DNA of 64,000 nt from Tubiluchus corallicola (taxonomy: Eukaryota; Animalia; Priapulida): NCBI GenBank assembly GCA_030141605.1, contig JAQGDQ010000001.1, forward strand, positions 2,480,001-2,544,000, given 5' to 3'. A model generated the notes under the pieces. It did no database searches. It saw nothing but the letters and a program-made list of their open reading frames with translations, and was not told where the DNA came from. Position numbers and translations under genes: made by a program. Shown piece by piece: positions 26,901-39,065 of the stretch; position 1 is the stretch's first letter, and every line of letters starts with the position of its first letter.

Positions 26901-29900
26901 ACTTCTACAAGATCAAGTCATCGAGATGAAGGCAGGTCGAGGAAAATCTTCCAGTGATAAAGATTTGCATAAAGTTAGTATTCCAGTGTAAATGTGTGCT
27001 TAATGTTTTTGTAGTGACAGAACTTACGGTTGTTATCTTGTTCATGTTGTCACTCTGTTTTGCATTAATTCTTGATTTTTATACTAATTTAATTTCATGT
27101 GTGTAACTTGTATAAGATTATGTATAATTTGTTGAATTTGCACATTATTTTTGTCCAGTGAGATTAAAATTGGATTTTCCTTATGTTCAAATGTACATTA
27201 TACTAATTTATGGTTGTATTGTATATGCATTTTTAGCATTTAGTGAAAGGACAGTTGCATACTTAGGAGAAGAAAAGGCAAAAACTAAATATTTCTGAAA
27301 CAAAATTTAGTATCACCATGTTTAGTATCTTAAATTATATTTTCTTATTCTATTTCTAGTTTATTCATTATTTAGTAAATGCCTTCCTTCTGCTCATGTC
27401 CACAAACGATTACATCTTGCATTAGCATTTAATACTTCTAGATATACTTTTGTTTCATTCATTTTAAAAATAGTTTGCCCGTCATAGTTATATCTTCTCT
27501 GTTTAATTCTATTGTTATCCCTATTTCAATCAAAATTACCGATCAGTATGATTCTTTCGTACGCTGTTTTTTCTTGATGGTGTTTAGTCTGAGGAAACAT
27601 TAAGCCACTTTTCATAAAATACATTTTTGTCTATTTGTTGCCTCGGTGTGTCAGTGCCCTAAATTTTAATATATTTAGTAAGTTCTGTTAAGCTTACTAT
27701 CTGTGAAATTTTACACATTTTGTAGTTGTTTTGAAATAGCTGAGGAAAACGAAAAGAAAAACACCAAGGAGCTTTTTTAAAGTAAATTTTGTAGTGCTTA
27801 TACTACTGAGGAGGAAATTTAATTATTGTTTTTAATTATTTTTTTCTGTTTTTGTTGTACAGGTGGAAAAGAAGAGAAAAGCTGCAGAAGACGCCTTGAA
27901 GAAAGCTGATCAGGAGTACCATGAAGCATGCCAACGTGCAGAACGTGCCAGACAAGAATGGGAAACACTCGTGTTTAAAGTATGATTTTCAGAGACAAAA
28001 ACTTATTATAAAATAGCTTTTGTTTTTGGAATTTGGTACGGCCTTTTTTGCTTTGATGACAGAGTTCTTGGTGAAACAAGGGAACTTTAACAAAACTCTT
28101 TCCATTTTTAAGGATTATCTGATTGACTGATCGAACCTTGTTCCAAGAACATTGAAATTAAGATTTAAGTAAGCTAACAAAATATATTTAAGCACAGCAA
28201 AATACTATAGAAATTTTTTTCTAGATGGATTCGTGCTATTTATTTGTTAGATAAACAAATATTTCATTCACTTCTCAATGTGTATGACACAAATATAAGC
28301 AATTATATAGTATAGGAAGCATTCCAAAGTTCAAAGACTGGATTTGTTGAGGCTGCACTGTCTGCTACATGGTAGCAAAAAAACTATTGCCAAGATAAAT
28401 CTTGTTTTAACATTTGAAAAATATTGCTAACAGCAATTGTCAAGTTATACACTTATTGTCCCATGTGCTGTGAGTTTAGTGTGTTAAATGTTCTGTTTTT
28501 TCTGTTTAGGGAGTAGGCCAACTACAAGTGATGGAAGAAGAGCGAATAGCATACATGCAGGATATGTTAAACAAGTACAATAATCACATAAATTTGCTGG
28601 GTCCAAAAGTTAATCAGGTACTTTTTATGTCAGTGTGTAATTACATTGTATTTTAGAGAGTTGCAGTATTCACATGATACCTGCAATGTCACACTGTAAC
28701 AAAGGCAAGTTAGATTGTTTCTTGATTCTTAATACAAGTTACTTATTTGGCATGGATGACATTTTTAATTTTTAAGTTAATCTATTTGGATTTCTGCAGT
28801 TGATCAGTTACCTACAACCTAAGGTAAAGACTTTCTGATGATAAAGCAAACAAATAAATTTTGCTTTTTCTCCACAGGGATGTGAGAGACTAAAAACTGC
28901 TGCGTTGAATATAGATCCATTGACTGATGTTCAAAAAGTTGTCACAGAAAAAGGATTGGGTCCATATATGCCCGAACAACGACTTTATGATTACTATGTA
29001 AGACATTTCTTGTAGTTAGCCCTAAGTGAGGCACTATTTTGTTGTTCTGAGCCACCAAGGATATTGTTTTATGCATAGACTTGAAATTTGTCAAGTTAAA
29101 ATTTGTCTTGCATTTGTGAAAACCCGAAAAAAGTTTACTATATTGATGTCATTAACAATAACAGAACTGTATTATTTATTGCATATTGCACAGAAGCATG
29201 TAATGTGCTTAAATTTAATGTGTGTATATTTAACAGGCAGAGGACACATGTAACAAGATGGATAGTGAGAGGAGGAAGCATTCCTTAGAAAAGGTTTTAC
29301 TATTACTTAAGCATGATATCGAGCGGGAAATTAAAGGAAAAGAAGGTAGAGCTTTTTTAATTTATCGAACGAGCACTAGCATTAAAAACAAACTGAAAAT
29401 GATGACTAACAGAGTAGCGAGAAGTTACCATGATTCTATAATGTGCAATTTTGAGAACATTTTGTCTTATAAATCCCTCAGTGATTATAAGATAGCCTTG
29501 TTCAAAGTTCTTTATCATCGTATCTTTAAGACTGTAAAATAAGTGATAATTGTCAGCATTCTCTCACGACATTCATTTTTTTGTTGTGTGATTTTGCAGG
29601 AATTGAACACTTGGAGAAAGTTTATAGGGATACACCCAACTTTGCTGATGGTGAAGCTCAGCAAGAGGTTCAGGATAAGAAGGCGCATGCTAATGCAATG
29701 TTGGACTACCTACAGGCATCTCATTACAAAGTTGCAGTATCATTAGCTAAACTGGAAGCTCGACCTAAACCTTCACATCCATTGGCTCAATACATAGAGA
29801 GCCACAATGATAAACAAGTATGTCGGGATAAATTTTATTGGCATATTTGCAGTACTAAGAATTTTTGATATCATCACGCATGTGTAAAATGCGAAACTGA

Positions 29901-32900
29901 TATTTTAGGGAGAAAAGTGTCGAATTGGATATTTTATCAAATTGATGATTTTAGCATTTTACCATGTGGACATAAAACAAAGTTTGACTATTTTGGATTT
30001 TTCCATAATCTTTTGAGAATGATTTACTTATAAATCTTTTCTTTAACAATAGACTTTGCACTTTTTTCTCACTTTGTCTGTAATTGTAGTGCTTATCACA
30101 GTTTATTGGGAAAGAAGTGGAATAAAAAATCTGATTTGCTTTGCGTGTGGTCATTTGATACCCGAAAATGTTGATCAGGAGCTTGCAAAATGAAAAAGTC
30201 AGATTCTGTTTTGCCATTCTTTTTTAATATATAAAACTGCAAAGCTTGCTCATTGCTTTCTTGACTGCTAAAATCTTAGTGTTTTGTGTTTAGTTCAGTA
30301 TATTTAAATATATAACAGAAGTAAGCGTAACATATAATATAGCCTTTTAAATTAAAATTGAACTTACGTAGTTTTTCTCAAAAGTTTTCGTTTTTTAATA
30401 TGAGGCTAGAATTACAGTAAACTCATATACACTGTAGTATTATTTATTCGGTTCAAAATAGACACATTCAGATGAAGTTTTCTCTTGCTGGGAGCTTATT
30501 GGCGTCTTTGGGACAATTTGTAGAAAAAATACTGCAGACAATGCACAGCCATTTGGGCTTTCAGTAAGAGAATCAGCAAGTAAACAATTAATTTTATTAG
30601 TTTTACTTTCTTAACAAATATTTAGAGCTAGAAAGTAAATTGCAGAACCTTGAAATTTTGAAGTTGTTTAATAATTAGGCTTCTAGCTAATGTTTTTTGC
30701 AATAATATTATATTGGATTTAAGATAATAGCTTTCTAATTGACATTTACTTATTTTGTCATTCATATGCTCATATTGGTGATGTATGGCATGCTTTCATA
30801 TAAATTGTTTTATTTCCAGGGTATGATTGAGACAGTGTTACGTCGTCCTATTAATGTCGCATCTGGAATGGATGTTATGTGTAATTATGTCGATTATGAT
30901 AATCGAGCTCCTGGTGATGGTGGGCCTCCTGCCTTGTTGTATGGTAAGTCTTTCATCTGTTAACTGCCTCTGATCATAAAGCATTTTACCACTTTATCTG
31001 CTTTTAATAATTTTTCTATAATATTCATAAAATTCAGGAACATTGTTTTAATAGATACTGTGTTGGCTTGTTCACCACCTTTTTATTGGTAAGAAAATTG
31101 CAGAGTGCATTCTTTAAATTTTGCATTTTTAGGTTTTTTTGTTACATAATAAAGAAAACTAAAGCACAGGGCTTGCTTACAGAGCTATTTACATATGCAG
31201 AAAGTAGTTACTATGATGTGTAATTACTATTTTCTGTCATTTTGATGTTATTTGTGAATTGCTGAGACAACTTTCTTATAATTTTGTTCATACTGACAAA
31301 AATGAGATGCATATAACGAGATAGCATGAAAATACTACTAGCTGATAATAAGTGCTTGCCAGTTACACAGCTGTAGGATGGGTAATTAGATATCATTTGC
31401 TTTTGTTCATCTTAATTTTCAGAAGATGAGTTTTTGGGGTATGATACTGTTGATGACGATGCAGAGGTCATATGTCAGTGTCGAGCTATATACGACTACA
31501 ATGCAACACAGCATGATGAACTGACAATAAAGACTGGTATGAATACAGAATTATTATATTCTTGGCTTTTTAAAATAGCAGTTTGTTCCAATGGGTTTTG
31601 TGAAAAGTAATTCAACATAGTCTGTCTGCACACTTATAGTGTCTCTGCACACTTGTTATCCTGTATTGTTTGTGGTGTCGTTTAAATATTCTTGTTTAGT
31701 AATTATTTCTCGCATGTTAGCAAAGACGTGGTATTATTTACATGGTTGTTTGTTTGTCTACTTAACACGGTTAAGAAAAACACATGGTGCATATTCCTGT
31801 TTTCTTTATAAGTGCAATACAGTAGTCGCCGCTTAATAGACTCAATCACTTAATTGGCCCAAAAACGCCTGGAACGGGCCGCTTCTGTTCAAACATACAT
31901 AAAAACTATTGGTAATTGACTCAAATAACTTCGCTTAATTAATTCAATTATTTTTCCTTCACTTACTTAACATAAGACATTTGTATGTGCCCAAACAGCC
32001 TTTCCTACTTTTATGTCATCTTTACTTCCCTTTTGTGCATTATATATGTAGAAACAATCATGTTAAGTAGCGTTTTGTTTGTAAACAGGTACGTTTATCA
32101 TGCGCTAGTCACTAGGGTAGCTGTTTTACTTTGAATCTGTTGCACCCTCGCCCACTGCAATTAACCTCGTTACCCAAAGAATTTCTGGAAGCTAAACATT
32201 TAATCACTTGCCTAGCGGTTTCCTTTTGATGCTCTAGTTGCAAATCACGCTTTCAGGCTTAATGAGTTAATAGTCAAAGATGCAGGTAAGCCAGTATTCC
32301 TTGTGACTTACAAAAGTAAACAAAAGTAAGCATCGTACAGCACATAAGAGAATAGAGTTAAGATGGGAGGTTTCGGCGATGGAGAAAGCGTGTGTGATTT
32401 AGAAAAGTATACTTTTTAACTTATTGTTAATTCACTTATATAAATTAATATTTTAAAATATTTTTTCTAATTTTTAACCGCACAAAGGAATTTAGGCATT
32501 ACTTCGTTTCTAAAATTGATTAAAAGCCGTTGTAGTGCATAGTAAGCCGATAACTCATACTTCTATGGCACTAATACTACACTCATCGGTTAATAGGTTC
32601 AATCGGTTGATTGGGTCAAAATACGTCGGTCCCAAAGTGAGTCTATTGAGCGACGACTACTGTAGTTTGCTTTGACCCACACGTCTTTGCCAGAAAATTT
32701 AATCAGTTAGATGTTGTTGTTATGCCAGGGACCAGTAAAATGTCACGATAGCAAGCAGGAGTTTAGACGAAGCTATATGCGGGAAAACACGGGCACCACC
32801 AACAAGCACTAATTATTTTTCCAGAATTTGTGCATCATACAACAACAGACTTTCAATGTTTTTATCATTATGAAAACTTTGTGGGCCAACTTCTTCGCAA

Positions 32901-33386
32901 TAAAATGAAGCAACCGACTTTGAAGGAATTTTTGTAATTTTTGCAAATAAACAGACTTGTGTGATTTAGAAAAGTATAATTTTTAATTTATTGTTAATTT
33001 ACTTATATAAATTCATATTTTAAAATATTTTTTAAATTTTTAACTGCCCAAAGGAATTTAGGCATTACTTCGTTTCTAAAATTCTTTAAAAACATTTACA
33101 GTGCATAGTAAGCTGACGACTCATACTGCTATACTAGTAATACTACACCATCGGTTAATAGGTTCTGTGGGTTAATTAGGTCAGAACACTTCGGTCCCAA
33201 AGGGAGTCTATTAAGCGGCGCCTACTGTAAAGGGAGAGTTTGCTTAAAAGGAAATTTTTACTTTTAGGAGATAGAATTAATGTATTTGAGAAGATGGAGG
33301 ATGGCTGGTGGCATGGAGAACTAAATGGACAAATTGGCATTTTTCCTGCATCGTATGTGGAGGAGTGTGGTGCAGAAAAACTGTGA
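9937..33386 (+). CDS. NOSTRIN: Nostrin-like F-BAR + HR1 + SH3 protein (~513 aa)
   Basis: Exons 9937-9963, 18400-18485, 18796-18876, 23906-24050, 25821-25883, 26863-26973, 27863-27979, 28510-28617, 28878-28997, 29237-29345, 29600-29817, 30820-30943, 31423-31536, 33268-33386. All are GT-AG and phase-consistent, 1542 nt in total. The protein reads MTSFVDVFGGIQGFDEVRKYIRSGEEFCKEVASYISERAECELNYAKGLSK (F-BAR), YYAEDTCNKMDSERRKHSLEK...LAKLEARPKPSHP (Nostrin HR1 region) and CRAIYDYNATQHDELTIKTGDRINVFEKMEDGWWHGELNGQIGIFPASYVEE (SH3). Confidence 0.93.
10020..10755 (-). mobile_element. Composite foldback element, copy 2 (inverted relative to copy 3)
   Basis: The reverse complement matches 15190-15990 (e.g. 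GAAGCACTTTGTGGAGGTCTCAG.GGGAGTGTTTAGTA). TAACCCTAACCCTAA at ~10666; AAAATGGCACAGG and TGTGCCATT ends. Confidence 0.8.
10890..11085. repeat. Palindromic repeat related to the Penelope-like element at 45050-45290
   Basis: Shares AATCTCAAAAA...TTTTGAGA arms and the 3' tail CATGGCAA(A/G)TCTCAGA.GAG.AC.ATCTT.TTTT with 45050-45290, but lacks the hammerhead-like centre. Confidence 0.6.
11324..12558. mobile_element. Putative Harbinger-type non-autonomous element containing a GA microsatellite
   Basis: Terminal inverted pair GGGGCTGGATTCATGTA (11324) / TACATGAATCCACGCCCC (12540-12557). The TSD is unclear. Confidence 0.5.
11827..11911. repeat. (GA)n microsatellite preceded by a purine-rich tract from ~11636
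   Basis: About 42 perfect GA units. Confidence 0.97.
13542..13607. repeat. Perfect 33-bp tandem duplication
   Basis: GTATAATTTTTGTAAACATATAGTAAAGACTGA x2. Confidence 0.9.
14773..15021 (+). CDS. NOSTRIN: Candidate alternative first coding exon 1b of NOSTRIN (83 aa basic N-terminus)
   Basis: ATG 14773 opens 83 codons ending GTG|GTAAGT in phase 0, compatible with exon 2 at 18400. A CpG-enriched region lies upstream (~14000-14630). Confidence 0.6.
15060..16010 (+). mobile_element. Composite foldback element, copy 3, with nested Helentron-like (HINE) segment ~15255-15918
   Basis: Tandem AAAATGGCGCAGG repeats on the left and inverted CCTGTG/GCCATTTTT on the right; TTAGGGTTAGGGTTA motif. The inner segment has subterminal IRs (ACCACTACCAAAG / CTTTGGAGGAAA), a GTTT microsatellite and a 3' CTAGTT end. 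Confidence 0.75.
17101..17193 (+). CDS. NOSTRIN: Candidate alternative first coding exon 1c of NOSTRIN (31 aa)
   Basis: ATG 17101 reads MYASTHNLLQDSPLSNEKDVRRKTMGRYELR and ends CGA|GTAAGT in phase 0, compatible with exon 2. Confidence 0.45.
24475..25680. mobile_element. GC-richer non-autonomous element with an internal ~145-bp tandem array (Helentron/MITE-satellite type)
   Basis: Starts at an (ATT)n run. Four diverged units begin near 25022, 25163, 25311 and 25459 (GGCAAAAACC.AAAAATGGGGGTCGGGAAC...CATATCAAATGAAAGG...GAATGG). Confidence 0.7.
26064..26665 (+). mobile_element. Helentron-associated non-autonomous element (HINE-like)
   Basis: 5' ATTACCTCCACTAAGGAGGTTATGTTTTC and 3' GGCCTTAGCAGAAACC...GCGTGCCCTTTTAGTT. 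This gives subterminal inverted repeats, a weak 3' hairpin and a T-rich insertion site. Confidence 0.65.
31820..33227. mobile_element. Pogo/Tigger-like (Tc1/mariner) MITE with duplicated right end
   Basis: TA|CAGTAGTCGCCGCTTAATAGACTC at 31820. Matching right TIRs followed by TA end at both 32662 and 33227. 32390-32664 is repeated at 32957-33229. Confidence 0.85.
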
Positions 33387-33871
33387 CCGCTTTCCACCAG
33401 AACTGAAGACTGTGCAATAGTTGCGGCTATAGCAGCTGCAACATTCAGGCATTGTAATATAAATAGCAGTAGGTAACTTGTAAAAAGTGAGAAAACACAA
33501 ATTAGTTGTAAAGAATATAAAAGATTTGTATTGACTGTTGATGATATTTTTTGAGAGCTTGTTAGCTGTACAAAACCAATATTTAAGATTCTGTGATAAC
33601 TATTTTAAGGCAACTATGATACTGAATAGGGATAATGCCAATGTTTTTATATTAAATTTCTTTGTATTAATATTTTATGCACAGTAAAACTTAGAGAATA
33701 ATAATTTTAGTCAGTTTCCTTGTAATAATATAATATAATTTTGTAATATGATTTTCATTACATGCAAATATTTTTACTTGTAATAATATTTTTACAACCA
33801 AAACGTGATACACTTGATGTGCATGATTAATTTCTGACTTCTGATTGGAAGGTGATTATTTGTGCATGGTA

Positions 33872-34422
33872 AGTAGGTCTGTAAAGGAACTTAGTTCATG
33901 GAATGAAACTCCTGTAAAAACAATATTTTTCAGGAGCTTGGAACTGGAACTGGTTCATTATAACAAAATGGAACTTGGAAACTAGAACTAGCTCCTTTTT
34001 TAAAATGTTGATGGAATTTTTAAATGGATCTTGGAACTGGAACTAGACCCTTTTTTAAATGTTAATGGAATTACAGACTTGAATTAGTTCTTTTTGTCGC
34101 AGAAGGCTAGGTGGTTCACCTTTGGTTGGTTAGGTGCTCCAGAAAAACAACGTGAGAAACATTAAGTTGTTTATCTTGTTGTTTACCATGGATTATCGTG
34201 TGCATAAAGAATGCATAACTGCATAACTATGAACTCAAACTTTTCTAAAATGTCAGAAGAACCAAGAAGTTAGTTTACCTCCTTTCACCACAATTAAGAA
34301 ATGGAATTAATTCTTTTGCTTTCAAAAGAACTAAGAACTTGAATTAGTTTATTTTCTTGTAAAAGAACTTGGAGCTGGAACTAATTGCTAAAAAGGAGAA
34401 GCTAATTCCTTGTGGACACAGG
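33872..34422. mobile_element. Decayed MITE with GAACTGGAACTAG subterminal repeats
   Basis: Multiple GGAACT(G/A)G and GAATTAGTT repeats. Weak terminal inverted similarity (AAGGAACTTAGTTC / AAGCTAATTCCTT). Confidence 0.5.
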
Positions 34423-35436
34423 CAGCAGCAACCATATGTACTCCACGAGTCATTTAGTACTGTGCATCATCTAAACTGGTACTAGTGCTTTGTAGATAAA
34501 ACTGTATTGTAATTACATGAATTTACAGGGTCTTTGCTTTGCTCAGGTGGTAAAATCCAATAAGTGCACAAAAGCAATACTAAATTGGAGTCTGAAAAAT
34601 TTTTGTGCACAAACTGGGTCTCATATCCAAACCTTTTGCTTTCTGGGCAGCTGTACTAGTTCTTTTATAATTTATAGTTTTATAACTGTAATTTATAGTT
34701 TTATTTGCTGCCAAAATGGCTGTAATACTATTTTATTAGCATAAACTGCTCAAAACATCATCTCTGCACTGTAATTAAAGATCACGTGATGCTTAAAGGT
34801 ACTACTCACTGAGGTGATTTTACTGACTGATGTGCGACATATTATTTGCTGCATGAAGCACATAATTATATTTTTCCATTTGCTATTAATTTTGTGGTTT
34901 GATAGATTGTTGGAATAAACTATTTAGTATACATATGTAAAAGGGTAATGGGCAAACTTTTTTGTTTATACACATTCCCCATGTGTAGCACTGTTAAACA
35001 TGAACCGTGATGAAGATTATTCATTGTTATGTTAGTGATTATGCACATTTTAAAGCAAAAAAAAACGAATTGAAATGGTACAAAGAGAATTGTAACTGCA
35101 ATTTGGAAAGCAAATAGTTTTTTATTTAATGTATGCATTAATTTATCACAGATGTTTATGGTTGACTTTAAAAAATTCAACATATACAGAAGTAAAAACT
35201 AAACAAGTATGTAAGGCATTTTAATACTGCAAGATAAAAAATAGGAGCTCACAACACAATTTAATCCACAATAATCATTTTGCAGTACTTTCGTACAATC
35301 TGAAATAGTAATTCCTATGTCCACTAACTGAACCTGAAATGTGAGTGAGACGATCTAAACAAACAAGGAAGCAAACAATTTGAAATACATTATCACGAAT
35401 TTATGGTAATTTTTTTATTTATCGTTTCATTTGTTC

Positions 35437-38400
35437 TTATTCAGCTTTTTTGTGGCTGTCTGGTCGATATCTAATTATGAGTCGCAGGCTAGGGAATCCA
35501 AGAAGTGTTGTCTGTATAAACCACTTCATCGCACATGCTCTTGTTAAACTCTTTTTCCTGCATCAGAAATACAACAGTTCTTAAATGTCTGTTAGTGGGA
35601 AAACACAATGAATACAATATAGCAAAAGTAACATGGCTACAGTACATGTATGAAAGTATTCAAATAACTGGAACAAAAAAAGTTTTTCTCACTATTTTTT
35701 GCAAAAGCTGCATAACATGAAAAAGACAGTACGGGTGTGGGTGAGTACGCCCTAGTATTATGTAAGCAGTAGTAACTAAAGTTAAACACCACAGAGCTTT
35801 GTTAGTGATTGGGTAGGTTATCGAAAGTAAATTACTTAAATAATATCTACCTATGAAATCACTTTGCTAATATGTAACTGTTCCAGTAGCGTGTGTTTGT
35901 CGCCACTTGTAAATGACAAAAACGCTATTGAAAAAGTTTTTAACAGTGCTACTCACTTTGCTATAAAGAATGCAGCTATTCCTTCCCCAATGTGAACGAT
36001 TATTGATAGCACCAGTCTGAAAATGGAAATGCAGTGCAAATATTAAATTGTTCTATTTTTAATCACACTGTTACTACATGGCAGTGACAAGCATTGTGCA
36101 TTGCTGCTGGAAGTCTGACAAAATGGATATGCATCAAAACAGTGTCATGAATATATTAGTAGATTTTTCACTAACAAGTAAGAAAACCTACTCACATTGT
36201 ATACATGATTAAATGGTAGTTTTTCCCCAGGTAGCTGGCTAATGATCCTAGAGATCCAAATATACTGGGCACGTCATTAGGCCAAAAAACACAGTACTAA
36301 AACAAAAATTAAGAAATTAATTGCCCTAAGCTTACAAGTTAGCATACTGCAACATGTTTCTATGTACGAGTAACATTACTATACATAAAGTTTTTGATCA
36401 TAAATAATCTAATAAAGAAACCATGCTCAAAAACTATATTTAAAAAATCCTGTTAAGCTCAGGGCCGGCTCTACCATTAAGGCAGACTAGGCAGTTGCCT
36501 AGGATGTCAAATTGTGGAAGTAAGCTAATTTTTAATTTTGAAATTTAACCCAAGTAACAACTTAGTATAAGTGTAATTCTTTAAGTGCACACGATTAATT
36601 AAATGAAACGAGCTAGCTGCATTATTTTCCTGTCAAAATGTATCAGTCATGGATAATAGCAAGTGTCTTCCCACAGTAATATTTTTGCTTTATCTTGCTT
36701 TCTGAGATTACAGACGCGTTACTCTGTTAAATCAGTGTGAAAAAGAGGAATTCAAAGAGGGTTTCAAAAATTTTTTATGAAAAGCTGAGGGAGAATCTAG
36801 ACAAGAATAGAGGAAACTCCAGAAATTTGATTGCTCCTGAAAACCCAGGATGTACAATGAGGTCATAAATGTAATTTCAAATGAAGTCAACACAAGTTGT
36901 AGATAGGTAATTGAATACAATTAAATAGTACTTGTCCGTTGAGGAGGGGGCGCTAGAAATACTTTTCCCTAGAGCGTCAGACTACCCAAAGCCGGCCCTG
37001 GTTAAAGCTACACTTAACAGGTTCAAAAATCTGCAATTTTTGTAGTGTAGCGTTTTCGTAAAAAACACTATTGGGTCTATTAAGAAGTCAGACGATGAAA
37101 TTGTGGTGGACAAGAGTGCCATTACTGAGTGCTTTAACCAGTTTTTTGCATCTACTTTTACTGATGAGGATGTTAATCACATGCCGGTGCCACTGCAAAT
37201 TTACAGTGTCCGAGGAGTTTTTGTTACGAGATTATGCAGTGACTGAGGAAAGGGTTTTGTTGGAATTAGGTAAACTTAAGAAGAATAAACCCTTGGACCC
37301 GATGGTTTTGCTACAAATATACTGACGGACTTGAGAGAGTGCTGTTTAGTTTGAGCTTACAATTAGGAGCAGTGCCGACTGATTGGAAATGTGCCAATGT
37401 GACTCCAATATTCAAAAAGGGAAGTAAGACTTTGACTAGTCCATTATCCCTAACGTCACAGATCTGTAAAGTATTTGAGAAATTGTTGAGGGAAAGAATA
37501 GTAGGACATTTAGAACAACATGGTTTGGTAACTCGCAAGATGAGACTCGCAACATGGATTTATACAAGGCCGATCATGCTTAACCAACCTGTTAACTTTT
37601 TTGGATGATGTTACATCAGCTATCGATGAAGGTAAGTCACTTGATCCTATTTACTTAGTCTTTGCCAAAGCTTTTGACGAATTACCACATGAAAGGCTTT
37701 AAAGAAGCTTGCTGCACATGGTATACCATTATAAGGGGCAGTTGGCAAACGATGTATATATATATATATATATACAACTCCCAGATACCTATACCACTAG
37801 CGAAACTCTAATCACTCAAATGACAAAGGTTGCCAGATGTCCATTTTGGATGGACTTTCTGTTCGGTCAAAAATCAGAAGCAAAACCAGACATGTATCTG
37901 CCTGCTTTTTTCAAATTTGTACAAATAAAAAATTGCAGTCGCAGCTATAACTGCACCAAAGTTGCTCGTTTTTTAAACTATCAACATGCCATATATTTAC
38001 ACTTACCATGTTTCTGTTCAGTTTTGTAAACAGGCTTGCAGACCATGTTACATTTTTGATTTCAGTTTTACAAATTATACAAGAATTTAATTAGTTCAGT
38101 ATTCACTCTTACAAGTATGTTGTAGTTACAGTTGAAAACTGCTCAAACATACTCACATCAATAATGCACACCGTAAAGTCATAATACTATTTATATTGTA
38201 TATTTCACTGCTCTAAACATACTACCTTTGTTTCTTTGTAAAATAAAGAATATTTTTAAAAACGTTTAGCTTTTCTTTGTTGGTTGGAATACGTGAAGAA
38301 AGGGAGCACTATGAAATGATTTTTAATGTCAGTCATGATCATGAACTTATGATGGAACTAATATTGATTTGTTTTTCAGAAAATTCAAATTTGAAATGAC

Positions 38401-38870
38401 TTTAAAGTCAGAGAAAAAGTACAAATAAAATTCAACAGCAAATTCTCAGTAAACAGTAACAGAAACACATTCAATGCCTAAATAGAGACAGCAAAAGTGA
38501 AATAAACTAACAAAGCAGCTTTGTTGTTGTAATCAGTTCATATCATTGATGACGATGCCTAGGGGTTGAAATATATCTGGAAATTTTACTGTATTTTCAT
38601 ATGTTTTACTTTTCATTTTAATTAGCTTCATGTATAATTTGTGTAATACTAATAAGCAATAAATGTAGGCCTATAGACACCGTTACAGAGCTTCTGAAGA
38701 TACCAACAACATACGTAAATTCAAAACTGAAAACGCGGTATCCGTACACTAATATTAATGCAAATAACTGCAGACAAATTTACCATTAATAGAAAAAGTC
38801 CTATAAAAATGAATGCAAACCACAGTATATTTGGCGACTCAAAATAATCAGAATTTTTCTTGTTTTTCAT
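35437..38870 (-). CDS. TMEM254: Transmembrane protein 254-like (122 aa)
   Basis: Exons 38870-38784, 36296-36196, 36016-35957, 35557-35437, GT-AG and in phase, 369 nt. Protein: MKNKKNSDYFESPNILWFAFIFIGLFLLMYCVFWPNDVPSIFGSLGSLASYLGKNYHLIMYTILVLSIIVHIGEGIAAFFIAKKKSLTRACAMKWFIQTTLLGFPSLRLIIRYRPDSHKKAE. The YF, VFWP, HxGE and WFxQT...G..SL motifs match TMEM254. AATAAA lies ~20 nt after the stop. Confidence 0.9.
36460..37000. mobile_element. hAT MITE in TMEM254 intron 1
   Basis: TIR CAGGGCCGGCT / AGCCGGCCCTG. TSD GTTAAGCT (36452-36459) vs GTTAAAGCT (37001-37009, 1-nt indel). Confidence 0.85.
37075..37735 (+). mobile_element. Decayed CR1/L2-clade LINE reverse-transcriptase fragment
   Basis: VPTDWKCANVTPIFKKG...PLSLTSQICKVFEKLL and, in shifted frames, QHGF..GRSCLTNLL.FLDDVTSAIDEGK...FAKAFD. 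Multiple frameshifts and stops. Confidence 0.9.
38390..38620 (+). mobile_element. Penelope-like element remnant with degenerate minimal hammerhead ribozyme
   Basis: GIY-YIG C-terminal-like residues (FKVREKVQIK...CLNRDS across a frameshift), followed by TCA-TTGATGA-C-GATGCCTAGGGGTT-GAAA-TATATC-TGG at 38543-38580. Confidence 0.5.
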
Positions 38871-38989
38871 ATTGAATAATGTAACTTTCACATCCGCAGC
38901 AGATGATTAACCACTAGTAATTTGCAAGCTATTTTTAATAATTGTACTTTGATTCGTTCAATATTTTCTCATATAATAATATTTCTCAT

Positions 38990-39065
38990 CACGCTATAAG
39001 TACGCAGCCATGTTTCTATTACTTTTTCGAGTGAAATTCGTTCAAGTACTGCGCTCCGCGAAATT
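38990..39065 (-). promoter_or_regulatory. Probable TMEM254 core promoter / 5' end
   Basis: CpG-rich patch 120-190 nt upstream of the ATG, with a YY1-like AACATGGCTGC on the minus strand (~39004-39014). Confidence 0.35.
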
